A stretch of 56,271 nucleotides of DNA, filler included, from Stramenopiles sp. TOSAG23-2 (GCA_900128395.1; 5 parts of 5 records of this genome joined end to end with filler, not necessarily neighbours in it), one strand, 5' to 3'; positions 34,563-46,769 are shown, counted from the whole stretch's first letter. Notes: generated by a model not told the origin, from the sequence alone. Numbers and translations: made by a program.

Positions 34563-34726
34563 ATAATTTTTTATATTTTATCTTCTTTTGTTGTGTATAA
34601 TTACATTTTTTTTTTAGAAATCAACAGCAACAACAATATAAACAAATGTGAGAAATATTATCGTAAAATATAAATAATTTTTTATATTTTATCTTCTTTT
34701 GTTGTGTATAATTACATTTTTTTTTT
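34505..34726. repeat. Exact 111-bp tandem duplication of the GNAT 3' end
   Basis: GAAATCAACAGCAACAAC... at 34506 and 34617. Confidence 0.9.
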
Positions 34727-35015
34727 ACGCGTATAATATATATCAAGGATAATTAGATAATTTAATTACTCTATCATCATATTTTTAAAAAAAATAATAA
34801 AAAACGACTCTGGATGGTGTGTTCTTTTTTTTCAAGACAAAAATGGGACTCAAACTCAAAAAATATTATAATATATATATATATATATCATTTATACGAA
34901 CTGAACTTGTCGTAAATGATATATATTTATAATATATATACACTACTACAAAAATTGCGACGACACTGTGAAAAAAAAAAAAACAATCTTTTTTTAATTT
35001 TTTCTAGATGCAATT

Positions 35016-38000
35016 TTATTCACATACACATTTATGTGTCTCTTGTAACAATGGGTTTGATGCTAAAGACAACAATGCACAACCTGTTGCTTTAGTTCCA
35101 GCTTGAAATGCTCTTCTTAAATTAGCACGAATGGCATCACTATTTACATTTTTCAAACATTTATTTAACAAATCAGAATTAACTTTTTCTGCTTTGTTTA
35201 ATTTATCACAATTATTTCCTTTCGGACAATCTTTCTTTCTTCCAACATGTCTTTCTTCTACTCTACGTACAGATTCATCATGTATTTTTTTAAGATCAAC
35301 ACCTGGTGTAGTTTTTGCAATTGCAATCGCGCGTTTTGCCACATCATCAACGGAACCGCCTTGTTTCACCACTTCTGGATGAAATGGAATAACTTCAGCA
35401 ATGACATCTTTTTCAATTTCTTTCGCTTCCTCTTGTTTCTCCGCTTTTTCTTCTGCTTTTTTCTTGTCTCTATAATTTTTCGTTGCTTGATCTAATTTTT
35501 GTTTCGCAACACGTTTATTCATCGTTTTTCCTAATGTTTCTGCTAATTTTTCAGCATTTTCATCACCACCACAAATACATTTATGCAATGGTTTTGCATC
35601 TTCATTTTTCGTTGCCGACATTTGCAATGCACTGCAACCATTTTTAGTTGCTTTTAATGCATCTTCATTCATTTTATATGGAACGCCAAACATAGTATCA
35701 ATAGGATGTTCCAATGATTTCGCTTCACGATGTTCATATAAACATTTGTAAATTTTAATCAATGCACGTTCTGCTTCACGTTTATTCATACGATGTAACA
35801 TATCTTCAATTTTTTTCAATTGTAAACGTTTTTGCCATTCCAATTGTTTCGAACAACCACCATTTGGTTTATTTGGGCAATCATCGATAAATTCTCGCAA
35901 TGAATCTCGATCACTTTCTGCTTCTCGTACCATTTCCATTAACAAGGCACGTCTACGATCTACTTCTTGTTTTAAACGATCGATTTCAAATTTTAAACTT
36001 TCTTTACATCCTGGTTGTTTCACACATGTTGGTGCTTTCATTCTACGATCGATTTTCACAATTTCCGTTTCTAATTTGAAAATTTCATCTTCTTTCTTAC
36101 ACAATGCACATAATTCATCTTCCTCCCCACCTGGACCTTTCTGTTTCCTACGCTCTTCCTCCCGCTCCAATGTTTTACGTCCTTCCTCTAATTTACTATG
36201 CATGATTTTCAATCGATTTAATTGTGCAGTAATATCAAGTGATACACCACGATATCTCTTTTTTAAACCTTCCTCACGTTTTCTTGCTGCAAGGATTGCT
36301 GCACGTTTACGCATTTCTTCATTGCGTTTGATTTCTTCTTCTGCACGAACGTATTTCTTATGCAATTCTTCTTCCGTTACAGCTACTTCATGTTCACGTT
36401 GTTTCTGATATTCTTCTTTACGTGTTTGCTCTGCATTAAATACATGTTCCTCATGATTTAAACGAATTTGTGATTTAACAATTTCTTCTTGTTGTTTTTT
36501 CACATGTGCTTCTAATTTTCTATATTCTTCATCGTTCATTTCCATATTACGTAAAATTTCTGCACGTGTCTCATTTGCTTTTCTCCATTCTTCCTCCCTT
36601 TGATCCAATTCAAATTGATCATGGTCTAAACGTGCATTTGTCTTATTTTCTTGCTCTGTAAAGGAATCTTTAGATTTGCGTATAAGCCAATACATCAATA
36701 CTTCACGTGTTTCCGTATCCATTTCTTCTAATAATTTTGGCAATTGTTCCGCTTTTGCTTTTTTATATTTTTCTTCTAAATTATGTGATAATTTTTGTGA
36801 AGATCCGTTATATGGGATAAGTGTCTTCGTTTCTTCCATGTATTTCATCGTCGTGGAAAAATTAAATGGATTCATTTCTTTCATGAAATGGTTTAATTTC
36901 TTCAATGCATTTTTATGGACTACGGTTGCAAACAATGCACTTGTTTCATTTGCCGCTTTTAAATCATCATGTGCCATACGATTTAAACGTGAATATTCTT
37001 TAATTCTACTAATAATTTCATATCGTTGCATGGTTAATGAACTGATCATTAAACGTGTATCACTTTCTACGTTTTGGATACTTTTCACTTGTGCTCCTTT
37101 TGGTTTTGGTGTTGCAACAGCATTACCGTCCGTATTGTTGAATTTTAAACGTTTTGAACGAATATCTTGCAACGTAAATGTTGTACCATAATTATCCAAT
37201 GCACTTAACTCATCTTTTAAACGCAACTCACGTTTTCCTTCCACACCATCTTGATGTTGTGTTAAACGTTTATTTAATAAATATATACGTCGATCTATTT
37301 CCATTTGTTTTTTATTTTTAGATTCTGCAACACGTTTTGTACTTTGCTCTTTATGTCGTTTTGTTTCCTCTTCTGATGCAGCTAGAATTAATTTATGTAG
37401 TGCTGACTTGCCACCACCACCACCATTTGGAAGTTTTCTCTGTGGTAACTTCATCGTTGGATGTGTACAAATACATGCAGGATGATTATGCATATTTGGC
37501 ATTGCAACTAATTTACAAAAACATCTTGTTTCTTTGTCTAATGGGATATTATCCGTAACGCCGATCGCATGGATAGCGCGGGCTACACGATTGTAATCCC
37601 ATACGGTAAAGAAACGATCTGGTTTTGGATTGTAAATAGTAACTAATACACCTTCTACTGGTGTTTTATAGGATCGGTCATATAATTTATTACGATCGGA
37701 TATTTGTTTCCATTCCATTTTTTTTGGATTTGGATCTATCATGTAATCAATTGGAGTTTTCCATGATTTTATAACTTGCTTTGGAAACATTTGTTTCACC
37801 CCTAATGCACGTGTTACTAATGTTTGCATTGCTTTATCATCCATTCGTTCTTGCTTCGCCTCTCTAGCTTTTTCTGCTTTTGTATCAGCTTTTAATTTTT
37901 CTATTTGCATTTCCACCTTGGCTTCTTTTTCTAACTTGTCCTCTTCGGCATGTACACCTTCTTGTGCTTCCTCATCAATTCCTTCTATTTGATTTAGAAA

Positions 38001-38195
38001 GTCGGCCTGCCCTTTATCCTGCCCCGTGTTTGTTTGAATATCTTCTTGTTGTTGAGTTGCTTCATCTGCTTCTATCGAGGATTTTGGTTTTAATATTCTA
38101 TTGTCTGTTTTAATGGTAGTACTTTCAGTACTAATTATGAAACTACTAGCAAATATAATTGCAAGTAGTAGTAATGTGAGTGTTTGTAATTTCAT
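35016..38195 (-). CDS. Secreted coiled-coil protein with small Cys knots, unknown function
   Basis: Signal peptide MKLQTLTLLLLAIIFASSFIIS at ATG 38195; long E/K/R coiled coils; twice GC...........HKC(I/V)C. Confidence 0.8.
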   Translation of the reverse strand: MKLQTLTLLLLAIIFASSFIISTESTTIKTDNRILKPKSSIEADEATQQQEDIQTNTGQDKGQADFLNQIEGIDEEAQEGVHAEEDKLEKEAKVEMQIEKLKADTKAEKAREAKQERMDDKAMQTLVTRALGVKQMFPKQVIKSWKTPIDYMIDPNPKKMEWKQISDRNKLYDRSYKTPVEGVLVTIYNPKPDRFFTVWDYNRVARAIHAIGVTDNIPLDKETRCFCKLVAMPNMHNHPACICTHPTMKLPQRKLPNGGGGGKSALHKLILAASEEETKRHKEQSTKRVAESKNKKQMEIDRRIYLLNKRLTQHQDGVEGKRELRLKDELSALDNYGTTFTLQDIRSKRLKFNNTDGNAVATPKPKGAQVKSIQNVESDTRLMISSLTMQRYEIISRIKEYSRLNRMAHDDLKAANETSALFATVVHKNALKKLNHFMKEMNPFNFSTTMKYMEETKTLIPYNGSSQKLSHNLEEKYKKAKAEQLPKLLEEMDTETREVLMYWLIRKSKDSFTEQENKTNARLDHDQFELDQREEEWRKANETRAEILRNMEMNDEEYRKLEAHVKKQQEEIVKSQIRLNHEEHVFNAEQTRKEEYQKQREHEVAVTEEELHKKYVRAEEEIKRNEEMRKRAAILAARKREEGLKKRYRGVSLDITAQLNRLKIMHSKLEEGRKTLEREEERRKQKGPGGEEDELCALCKKEDEIFKLETEIVKIDRRMKAPTCVKQPGCKESLKFEIDRLKQEVDRRRALLMEMVREAESDRDSLREFIDDCPNKPNGGCSKQLEWQKRLQLKKIEDMLHRMNKREAERALIKIYKCLYEHREAKSLEHPIDTMFGVPYKMNEDALKATKNGCSALQMSATKNEDAKPLHKCICGGDENAEKLAETLGKTMNKRVAKQKLDQATKNYRDKKKAEEKAEKQEEAKEIEKDVIAEVIPFHPEVVKQGGSVDDVAKRAIAIAKTTPGVDLKKIHDESVRRVEERHVGRKKDCPKGNNCDKLNKAEKVNSDLLNKCLKNVNSDAIRANLRRAFQAGTKATGCALLSLASNPLLQETHKCVCE

Positions 38196-39322
38196 CGTAT
38201 ATAATTCTGTATATTCTGCACGTGTATCCTGCACTGTGTTTATATCCTTCACCGTGTCTATATCCTGCACCGTGTTTATGAAGCGAAGCGTATATATAGA
38301 TAGATGTACTTTTATATGAATATGTTTCTACTGAACTAGTTGTATATATATATATATGTATATTATAAAGTCTGGTGTCCATCCTCTCCTCCTTTTTTTT
38401 ATTTTCATCACAGTTTCCTTCTTTCTACGTGATTAGTATGGTAATAGTATTGTGAAAAAAAGTGTTTAATGGTATTTGGTAGTATTGCTATCTTACTCCT
38501 ATCATATTGTTATGGATAGTACTTGAAATGGGTATTAGAATATCAAACGAGATGGAAAGTTGGACCACAATGTTGTGTAGTTATATTTTTGTGTGTGAGA
38601 GAGGAGTGCTATTTGATGCTATGGTGAGGAGATTTCCACAAATGGAGTAGCATTTTTCCTGATTTGATATTTGCATAATTTGTAAAATTGTTTGGTGATT
38701 ATTTTTCGACCATCTCCATTTCTTTTACTAACAGTGTGTTCATGTATTGTTTTTTCAAATCAGGTGGCACAATTTACAAGTTCCATTTATTACAAAAATG
38801 TATGAAATTAAACAAATGATTTATCCCATTTTTCCGGAGCTTCTGCCTAAATTGGTGAAAAACTCGTTCAAATACCTTAATGGCCTTCAATTTTGGAAAC
38901 AACAAATTATCGTTGTTTGTCAGTTGGGCTTCTTTCGATGTTTGCATGGACATACCATTAGGTGAAACGTTATTTATTAAAAATATATATTTAAGGATAA
39001 CATGGAGAAAATAGAATATACAACATTGTGTCCATGCTATTATAAACTATTCTATGGTATTGCTATTGTCACATACCATTGTAATAGCATAAGTCTAAGC
39101 TGATCCAGTCCTTAAATGCCCGCGTCGGTTTTAATATATATCACATGTCTAGAGTAGAAAATAGAGAAAGTAAGAGCAATATACATACAGATATATATTA
39201 ATATATATTAGAACAAAAGAGGTATTCGGTGAATTTATATATATATACATACTTTACGTTTGACTATCTATCTATCTATCTATATATCTATATATACAAA
39301 TATAATCTAAATATATTCGTAC

Positions 39323-39409
39323 AACATTTTTGGAATTTTGCAACATTACACATTTTGTAAATTTTGAACATTTTTGGAATTTTGCAACATTACACATTTT
39401 GTAAATTTT
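39323..39409. repeat. Exact 44-bp tandem duplication
   Basis: AACATTTTTGGAATTTTGCAACATTACACATTTTGTAAATTTT twice. Confidence 0.9.
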
Positions 39410-39497
39410 CAAGTGTTTAAAGCAGTACACAATCAATATATATTATATATATATTGCAATATTCTGGATATAAAGATATATATATAAGAACAACAAC

Positions 39498-42194
39498 ATG
39501 TCGGAGGAAGAGACGGTGACGACTACGTATGAAGGGAAAACGGAAGTAACAGATACAACACCATTATTTACAAATGATGGCACGGTATATTCTTTACATA
39601 CAAGAATTGAAGCGTTAGATATTGGTGCATTACCACATTCATATAAAAGTAACTCTACGAAAGAAGAATTAGCATTGGAATACGTGGAAAATTTCCGTAG
39701 ACAATACGTTGGTATATTTCCAAATCGTGCGCCATTGTTCTTGTTTCCAAAAAATGAATGTGGCATACGTAAATTAATATGCTCAACATTACGGCCTACA
39801 CAATTACCATATAAAGAATTATATGATATTAGAAGTTGTTCCCAATTTGTTGCTGGTTTTATTAATTTTGAACCATTAGCCGATCCATTTCTTGTACCAA
39901 AAATAATGCCAAGTCCAACGATGATATTAGGGACACAAGTTGCCGACAGTTTCGGCTTTGCATGTGTCTTGGCAAGTTTCTTAATTGGTAGTGGATATGA
40001 TGCCTACGTTGTCAGTGGCTATGCGCCACAATGGATGACGTTACGGGATGAATCTAGGCAAATATGCCCTTTATTAGAAGAGGATATATTAAAAACAAGT
40101 GATGGTAGTGGCAATAATAATGACAAAGGATCTCCACGCAGTAATAACAGGGCATCGAAAGATAGCAGATCAGGTAAAGCTGGGGATAAATCTGCATATG
40201 ATTTAGCCCCACATGGTATCCCAAAATCACAATACATGGAGATGTTGGAAGCAAAGGCAAAGGAAGACGAAGAGGCAAATAAACGTCGTAAAAAACAAGA
40301 AGGTGAATTAATTGAAATGTATGAGGATGATGGAAAAAGTAATATAATTGAAATCGATGGTAAAAAATTAGTACATGCATGGGTTATGATTGCACCGGGT
40401 AAACGTGGAATAACAGATAGTCTATTTGTTGAAAGTACTACAGGTCGATTTTATAAAACGGAGAAATCACCATATACTGGCGTAGAATCGATTTTTAATC
40501 ATCGTAATTATTGGGTAAATGTTCAAGATTCAACGACGGAGAAACCAACAATCAATGAATTTGGATTTGATTTATCAAATACAGATAATTGGGAATACGT
40601 ATTTATTGATAATTTAGACCGCGGTAAGAAAAAAGATGGCGAAGGACAAGAAGATGATGGTGGCGATATGATGGGTGATGATGGAGACATGATGTTTGGC
40701 GAGACTGGAGGGGATACAACAAGTCCACGCATGGGTTCGCAAAATGGATCCCCACGATCTACTACGACGGATCAACAAGAAGGTAAAGGTGGCGAGAAAG
40801 AAAATTTAGATGATGTTGAGGAACGGGAACAAATTTTAGATATGCCACCAAGTTGGGTTGGTAAATTAAGTATAGCCCGTGAACGCGTTGCATTGCGTTA
40901 TGGGAATACAGGTTGCAGAACGGTTTTATATGAACGTGCGAAAATGGAAGTATTTGCACCTGGTGCAAATGATATGGGATTATTAACTCGTTTAACTGTA
41001 TTTAAAGATTTATCTCGCACGATACCAATGGAAGTACGTGAAGAATTTGCATCTAGAAAAGATAAATTATATCGACGTGTGCGATTTCCATTGAAAGGTA
41101 CAATGCATGAGCATTTTCAACCAGGAAGAAAAACAGGATTAAAATTATTAATCGATCAGCCTGGACGTTCGTTGGAATTGTATTTTTATTTAACCGCACG
41201 ATTAGATGGAAAAACAAAACGTATTGAGAAAATAGGTAAAAAAATATTGGAATATTTCGAGGAACGTGATGATTATTTATCCTTTAGAAGTATATTATTG
41301 GATAGGACAAATGCGCAAAGTAGGGATGGAAGACGCGGTACGTATAATTTACCAAGTGGGCAATTAGGCGACTTAGTCGTAACACGAATGAAACAAAAAT
41401 TTGATCGCAATCCAGAAATGAACGCAGATGACGATGTTGCAAACAGAACGTTTTACGTAGAAGATCCAAAAGATCAACGATGCGTTTGTGTCTATCATTA
41501 TGGTGATAATAATATACGTTGTAGTACACGGGAATATTATAAAGATGAAAGTCGTACACCATCTGAATCTTTTGCAGCAAAATTCGATCCAGGCGCACGT
41601 GAAGAAGAAGTGGAAGCTATTTGGTTGGAAGAAAAAGCACTACATCAAGAATTTAAAGATGCAGGGAAAGAAGCTCGTGATATATTGTTACATCGTAAAC
41701 AGGAGGAAGGACGTGTAATCTTAGATCGTTCCGTATTTGAAACAGCAAGAGAACGTGCAAAAGCGGAAGCTAGTAAAGTGGAAGAAGAGGAAGAAGTGGA
41801 AGAAGTGAAAGATGAGCGTTATGTAGAATATTTATCACCATTTTTACAACAATGTAAAGATTCTAAAGATCCATCTCGTGAAGAAGCAGCAAAAGCAAGA
41901 GCTGCATGTTTAGCTGCATTGAAAGAACGTTTATTGGAACGTGCAAATATTATACAACGACGTTTGGATGAAGAAAATAGTGCATTAAGTAAAAAACAAG
42001 CTAATTTCCAACGTAGTCGTGATCATATGGAAGGTGCTGATGAGGCATTTGAGAAATTTTGCAGTGAAGCTATGTTCCGTATCTCGATTTTGGAACAACG
42101 TTTATCTAGGCATGAGGAAAGTGCATTGAGTAAATATGCTGCATTGGATCAAAAATTAAGGCAAGATCCAAGGTTGGAAATTTTGACCAGTTGA
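39498..42194 (+). CDS. DRC7: Dynein regulatory complex subunit 7 (CCDC135)
   Basis: P.NECG..K.ICSTLRPT.LPY.ELYD, LASFLIG.GYDAYVVSGYA, HAWV, GVES.FNH.NYWVN, LK.RL..RANIIQ.R, F RI.ILEQRL.RH. Confidence 0.95.
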   Translation: MSEEETVTTTYEGKTEVTDTTPLFTNDGTVYSLHTRIEALDIGALPHSYKSNSTKEELALEYVENFRRQYVGIFPNRAPLFLFPKNECGIRKLICSTLRPTQLPYKELYDIRSCSQFVAGFINFEPLADPFLVPKIMPSPTMILGTQVADSFGFACVLASFLIGSGYDAYVVSGYAPQWMTLRDESRQICPLLEEDILKTSDGSGNNNDKGSPRSNNRASKDSRSGKAGDKSAYDLAPHGIPKSQYMEMLEAKAKEDEEANKRRKKQEGELIEMYEDDGKSNIIEIDGKKLVHAWVMIAPGKRGITDSLFVESTTGRFYKTEKSPYTGVESIFNHRNYWVNVQDSTTEKPTINEFGFDLSNTDNWEYVFIDNLDRGKKKDGEGQEDDGGDMMGDDGDMMFGETGGDTTSPRMGSQNGSPRSTTTDQQEGKGGEKENLDDVEEREQILDMPPSWVGKLSIARERVALRYGNTGCRTVLYERAKMEVFAPGANDMGLLTRLTVFKDLSRTIPMEVREEFASRKDKLYRRVRFPLKGTMHEHFQPGRKTGLKLLIDQPGRSLELYFYLTARLDGKTKRIEKIGKKILEYFEERDDYLSFRSILLDRTNAQSRDGRRGTYNLPSGQLGDLVVTRMKQKFDRNPEMNADDDVANRTFYVEDPKDQRCVCVYHYGDNNIRCSTREYYKDESRTPSESFAAKFDPGAREEEVEAIWLEEKALHQEFKDAGKEARDILLHRKQEEGRVILDRSVFETARERAKAEASKVEEEEEVEEVKDERYVEYLSPFLQQCKDSKDPSREEAAKARAACLAALKERLLERANIIQRRLDEENSALSKKQANFQRSRDHMEGADEAFEKFCSEAMFRISILEQRLSRHEESALSKYAALDQKLRQDPRLEILTS

Positions 42195-42691
42195 TGTGAT
42201 TGATATATATATGATCAGAGATGTGTGCGTTAATAATACGGTACTCGTATATAAATATTTACGAAACGTGCGAGCCGCTTCTCGTCTTCTACGAAGTAGA
42301 GTGTTAATTGAGAACCATGGACACGCCATTTTTTTAAAAATGTGTTTTAATATTAATTTAAAAAAGATGTTTTGCGCTTTATAAACTCTTTAAGTTTATA
42401 TAATAATTTTTACTACACAATAAAATATATGACGTTATAGAGTACGAAGTTTGTAGTAGAACGAAACGTACTTCGATATAGAGTCATGCACAAAAATATA
42501 ATGGTTTGGTGTTAATCTAGGCATTTTTTTTTATAAAAATATTATATTAAATTTTATTAAATATCAGGGGAGAAATAAAATTTTATTTTTAAAATAAACA
42601 CACCCACACGCTGAACCATACTCTCCTTATTATTATTAAAAAATGAGAGAAGAGAGAATAGATGAAGTCTGAACAAAAATTTAAATATATT

Positions 42692-43087
42692 TTATTCCCT
42701 TCCTCCAAGCCTTTTGACCTTTTTTAGAAGCTCACTTGTCAATTTTTCATGTACCTCTTTCTCTTTTTTCAATTGCTTAATTTGTTCTTTTAATTCATCA
42801 ATTTCTGTTAGTTTATTGTTGGTAAATAGAATTTGGTAATTATAATTATCATCCAAATCTTCCACTTTTTCATCTAAGTCTGCTACTTTGCCTTGCAATT
42901 CCGTTTTAACTTTTTTAAATTTTTGAATATTTTCAGATGTCAACGATAACCAGCTTGTGCTATTATTGTTTTCACTTCTGGCTTTTCTTTTTAATGAGAT
43001 TGTTTCATCTTTTTCAGTGTCAACATTTCTAACAGTCATAATTTCATTGTTTGCTGCTGTCTTTAATTTTTCATTTTCTAATATCAA
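42692..43087 (-). CDS. Small coiled-coil ORF, probably a gene fragment
   Basis: 131-aa heptad-rich ORF (KVKTELQGKVADLDEKVEDL); no clear ATG start. Confidence 0.4.
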   Translation of the reverse strand: MILENEKLKTAANNEIMTVRNVDTEKDETISLKRKARSENNNSTSWLSLTSENIQKFKKVKTELQGKVADLDEKVEDLDDNYNYQILFTNNKLTEIDELKEQIKQLKKEKEVHEKLTSELLKKVKRLGGRE

Positions 43088-43278
43088 TCTTTGATTACTT
43101 CCATTTGACTTTCATAATCATTGATCATTGAAACCAAGTACTTGTGTCATAGGAAAAATTCATGTTAATGTTCTATGTAGGGTTTCTACTTGAGATTTTT
43201 AGTACAATATTTGTATATAGAGAAATGTTATGAATTATGCCTATCATTTTATCACGTAAAATTAAAATGGAGTTAATT

Positions 43279-44587
43279 TTATTTCACACTTCTACATTTT
43301 GAATTTGTTAAATATGGTGAATCAAAACTTGTTTCATCACCTGCATTACATCCTGGGACTGGGAATACACGCACACTTAATGGACGGCCTTTACGTATTG
43401 CAACTGCACATGCATCAAGATATAAATATGCTAATTTCGATATATCTAAATCTTTTAATCCTAATGGCAATGTATCAATACCAACACCACATGTCGAACT
43501 TAATGTTAATAAATCTCTTGCATTTAAATTTGATTTTGCTAAACCTTCATCTTCACATAATGGTAACATACATCCACAATAACCACATAATTTTATCTTT
43601 GATTTTTCACTTAAATCATTTTGAACTGCCATCGTTGCCTCTGCAACAGCAGCTAAACTTGCGCCTGATTCACCAAAATTTGTAATTTCATCCAACATAT
43701 TAAATCCATATGCAATACTACCATCTTTACCTAATGCAGGATTTAAACTTGAATCAATTCCAGCATATATAAATTGGAAGGAAGATGGTGTATTCGTTGT
43801 TTGTTCCATGTTTAAACAATGATTTTGTATTTCTGTTAATTTAGGTGTAAATTCATCAACAATGGATTGTCCTAAATTTGATATTGTTTTTGCATTTTTA
43901 CATGCATTTTGAAAATCAATACCATTTTCTAATCCAATGGCAAAATACATTTTACTATTATTACTATCAACAGATGATGAGGAGGAGGAAGGAGCAAATG
44001 ATCCAGGGAAAAATGGACAAAACGAATCATTTGCAAAATTTAATGATGCACAAAATCGAAAATTACCAAGGCCACCTTCTGTTTTCGATGCAATCTCTTC
44101 ACATGCCTTTGCAACTTTCAATGCACCAGTTACATCAGCACGTTGTATATCAACTGAACAATTAAATTTATTCCCACTAAAAACAATTTGTGGTCCTAAA
44201 TGTGATAAACGAGTAGGCAATCTGCCTAAAGAACAAAATCCGATATTATATTTATCTAACAATTCATTTAATGACGTTAAGATGTCTGTTTTAACTTCAT
44301 CCGAATCATCCACCACGAGTAGGCAATCTGCCTAAAGAACAAAATCCGATATTATATTTATCTAACAATCCATTTAATGACGTTAAGATATCTTTTTTAA
44401 TTTCATCCGAATCATCCACTAACCATTCTTCTGGATTATTAAATACTAATCTCGTTGTTTGCACTTCATAATTTGTATTGTCTGTGAAAAATTTTTGTTG
44501 TTGATTTAAAAATTCACATCCAGCTATTAATTGTTGTTCATTATATTTTTTGAAAGATACAAAAAGTGTTATTGTTCGTATTTTCAT
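43279..44587 (-). CDS. DUF711 (UPF0210/PFL-like fold) family protein, split by a 106-nt tandem duplication
   Basis: MKIRTIT N-terminus, NFRFCAS, GIDSSL.P, CGY.G.MLP..ED, SS.CG.GIDT.P and PLSVRVFPVPG; duplicated block at 44211/44317 explains the frameshift. Confidence 0.85.
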
Positions 44588-45011
44588 GTTTTTATATTTA
44601 TTATTATATATATGTGTGGTTGTGCGTTTATATATATATGAATTAAAAGTTGATGTGAATGAAATAAATAAATTTTTCGTGGGAGTATCTGTTGGTTGTG
44701 AAAATATTCTTCTTCCTTCACGTTCATTTATTCTATTTTTTTGTTTTGCAAATAAAAAATAATATTATTATTATATCATCATCATCCTGGCATCCGAGCT
44801 TATTTGGACGGAGCATCACGCTGCTTACTGTCCGGACATGAAAAAAATCACAGTGCACAAGTTTAGATTTAACTTTAATTGATTTGCCTAAGTAAAATTG
44901 TATACCGTGTGTGTGTGTATATATAGTTGAAAACACAATTATTTGTACATTATATAATATATATATTACAATGTTGAAATTCAAAATAACAACAAATATT
45001 ATTGTTTATAT

Positions 45012-45111
45012 NNNNNNNNNNNNNNNNNNNNNNNNNNNNNNNNNNNNNNNNNNNNTTAATTAATTAANNNNNNNNNNNNNNNNNNNNNNNNNNNNNNNNN
45101 NNNNNNNNNNN
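45012..45111. other. Artificial contig linker
   Basis: N44-TTAATTAATTAA-N44. Confidence 0.98.
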
Positions 45112-45806
45112 GATGTCGTACCTTTCTTTGATTCAATGTTTGAAGTACTACTACCACCACCAAATATACTGGTTTCTTTTGTATCTTTTTTAGGGCTTGT
45201 TTTCTCCCCAAATCCACCAAAACCACCACTAGTCTTATCTTTTTCGGTATCGCTTTTATTATTATCACTGCCGCCAACACCTCCTCTAAACCCACTTTTA
45301 GATGATAGTGCCTTTACAGCACTAGTTTTTCCTATCAATACATTTTTAAATGCAGCTGGCGATTCGGTATCCTTAAAATCTATTAAATATCCAAAACATT
45401 TTCCACTTGAAACATCTGAAATATCAATTGCTTTAAATATGACTGCGGTTAACCTAGCAGATTCTTTTACTTCTTGTTTTGCAACATTAACAATAGCATT
45501 TAAACGTACTCTATCTGCTAAACGATTTATATTACGTTCTAAAGGTTCATTGTCCAAGAAAACAAGACGCATATCTTGTGTATTAATATCTTTTAACACT
45601 AACATCAATCCATCTCCCATTTTAACCCAGCCATCCGGTGCTTCGTTACCGTCACTATTTCCACCAAATTCCTTATTGTAAGTATGTATTTCATTACCGT
45701 TCCTTAACAGCAAGCCTTCTCTAGTAAATACAACACGTTCCGTACGTCCTTTTGATATTTGTACACATGCACCTTTCTTTTGAAAATCTTGATTTTCCGT
45801 CGGCAT
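45112..45806 (-). CDS. Ran-binding-domain-like / FG-repeat nucleoporin N-terminus; 3' truncated
   Basis: W.K.G.G...VL.D......RLV.......VRLN resembles the RanBD1 PH-like fold; followed by GGFGGFG and SIFGG. Confidence 0.55.
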
Positions 45807-46469
45807 ATTATTTTTCTTTTTCGTGCTTGTATTTATTACATATATATTACTTACGTAAACTTTCGTATCACGTGTCTGTGCGTGTATGTGTATATATAGT
45901 GTTGATTGTTCCACTATTTCGTAAAATGTTTGTTTTATTTAGTCTATTTATTTTGAATTTATCTATTATTTAATTATTTATTATTATTTTTTTATTTTTT
46001 AGTGATTTGATTTGTGTTATTATTATTAAAAATATGGTCGGATAGTAGCTAGTAGCACCTGCCTATTGAATTGTGCCTTGGCTGGCTCGGAATGCCCGGA
46101 ATGCACCGATTGTTGAATTGCAATTATTTTAGCCGCCTGTGTGCCGGCTGGGCCGGGCCTGATGTGATGATTGGCACGTACATGTAAAAATTGGGAATAA
46201 TCCGGAATAAAAAGATTGAATTATTTCAATACGCTCACAAAAAACAACAAAGAATATTTAAAAAATTAATAATAATATACCGGTAAATAGTGCAATTCGA
46301 ATCGCCAGGCCAGAGAGGCCAGAAATATTTTGGGCCAGCTATATCAGGGTTAAGCTGAGAGAGAGATGGTAATATATATATTACCAGGTATATGCATCAT
46401 CAACAGGCAAAGAGATCTATATCAATTTCTATTCAAACAGTGTATGGATAGATATTATATATTGATACG

Positions 46470-46749
46470 TAAGAAGATCAATTGATTATATAACCAATTT
46501 ACAATTATAAACTTTGAAAAGTATCAGCAATATCATTTATTCAAAGAACAAATATTTTGATTTAAGAAGATCAATTGATTATATAACCAATTTACAATTA
46601 TAAACTTTGAAAAGTATCAGCAATATCATTTATTCAAAGAACAAATATTTTGATTTAAGAAGATCAATTGATTATATAACCAATTTACAATTATAAACTT
46701 TGAAAAGTATCAGCAATATCATTTATTCAAAGAACAAATATTTTGATTT
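46470..46749. repeat. Exact 93-bp tandem repeat x3 just upstream of the ceramidase ATG
   Basis: AAGAAGATCAATTGATTATATAACC... at 46471, 46564 and 46657. Confidence 0.95.
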
Positions 46750-46769
46750 GGTTTTTTTAAAAAAAAAAA

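Noticed and set aside
44803-44816. TGCTCCGTCCA match to the 3' half of vertebrate U2 snRNA
   Set aside because: The conserved U2 5' end and GTAGTA branch-pairing region are absent
11192-45111. Recurrent TTAATTAATTAA palindrome every ~11.2 kb
   Set aside because: Always centred in N44 flanks; an artificial six-frame-stop linker between length-sorted contigs
46470-46749. CRISPR-like 93-bp repeat
   Set aside because: Units are identical with no spacers
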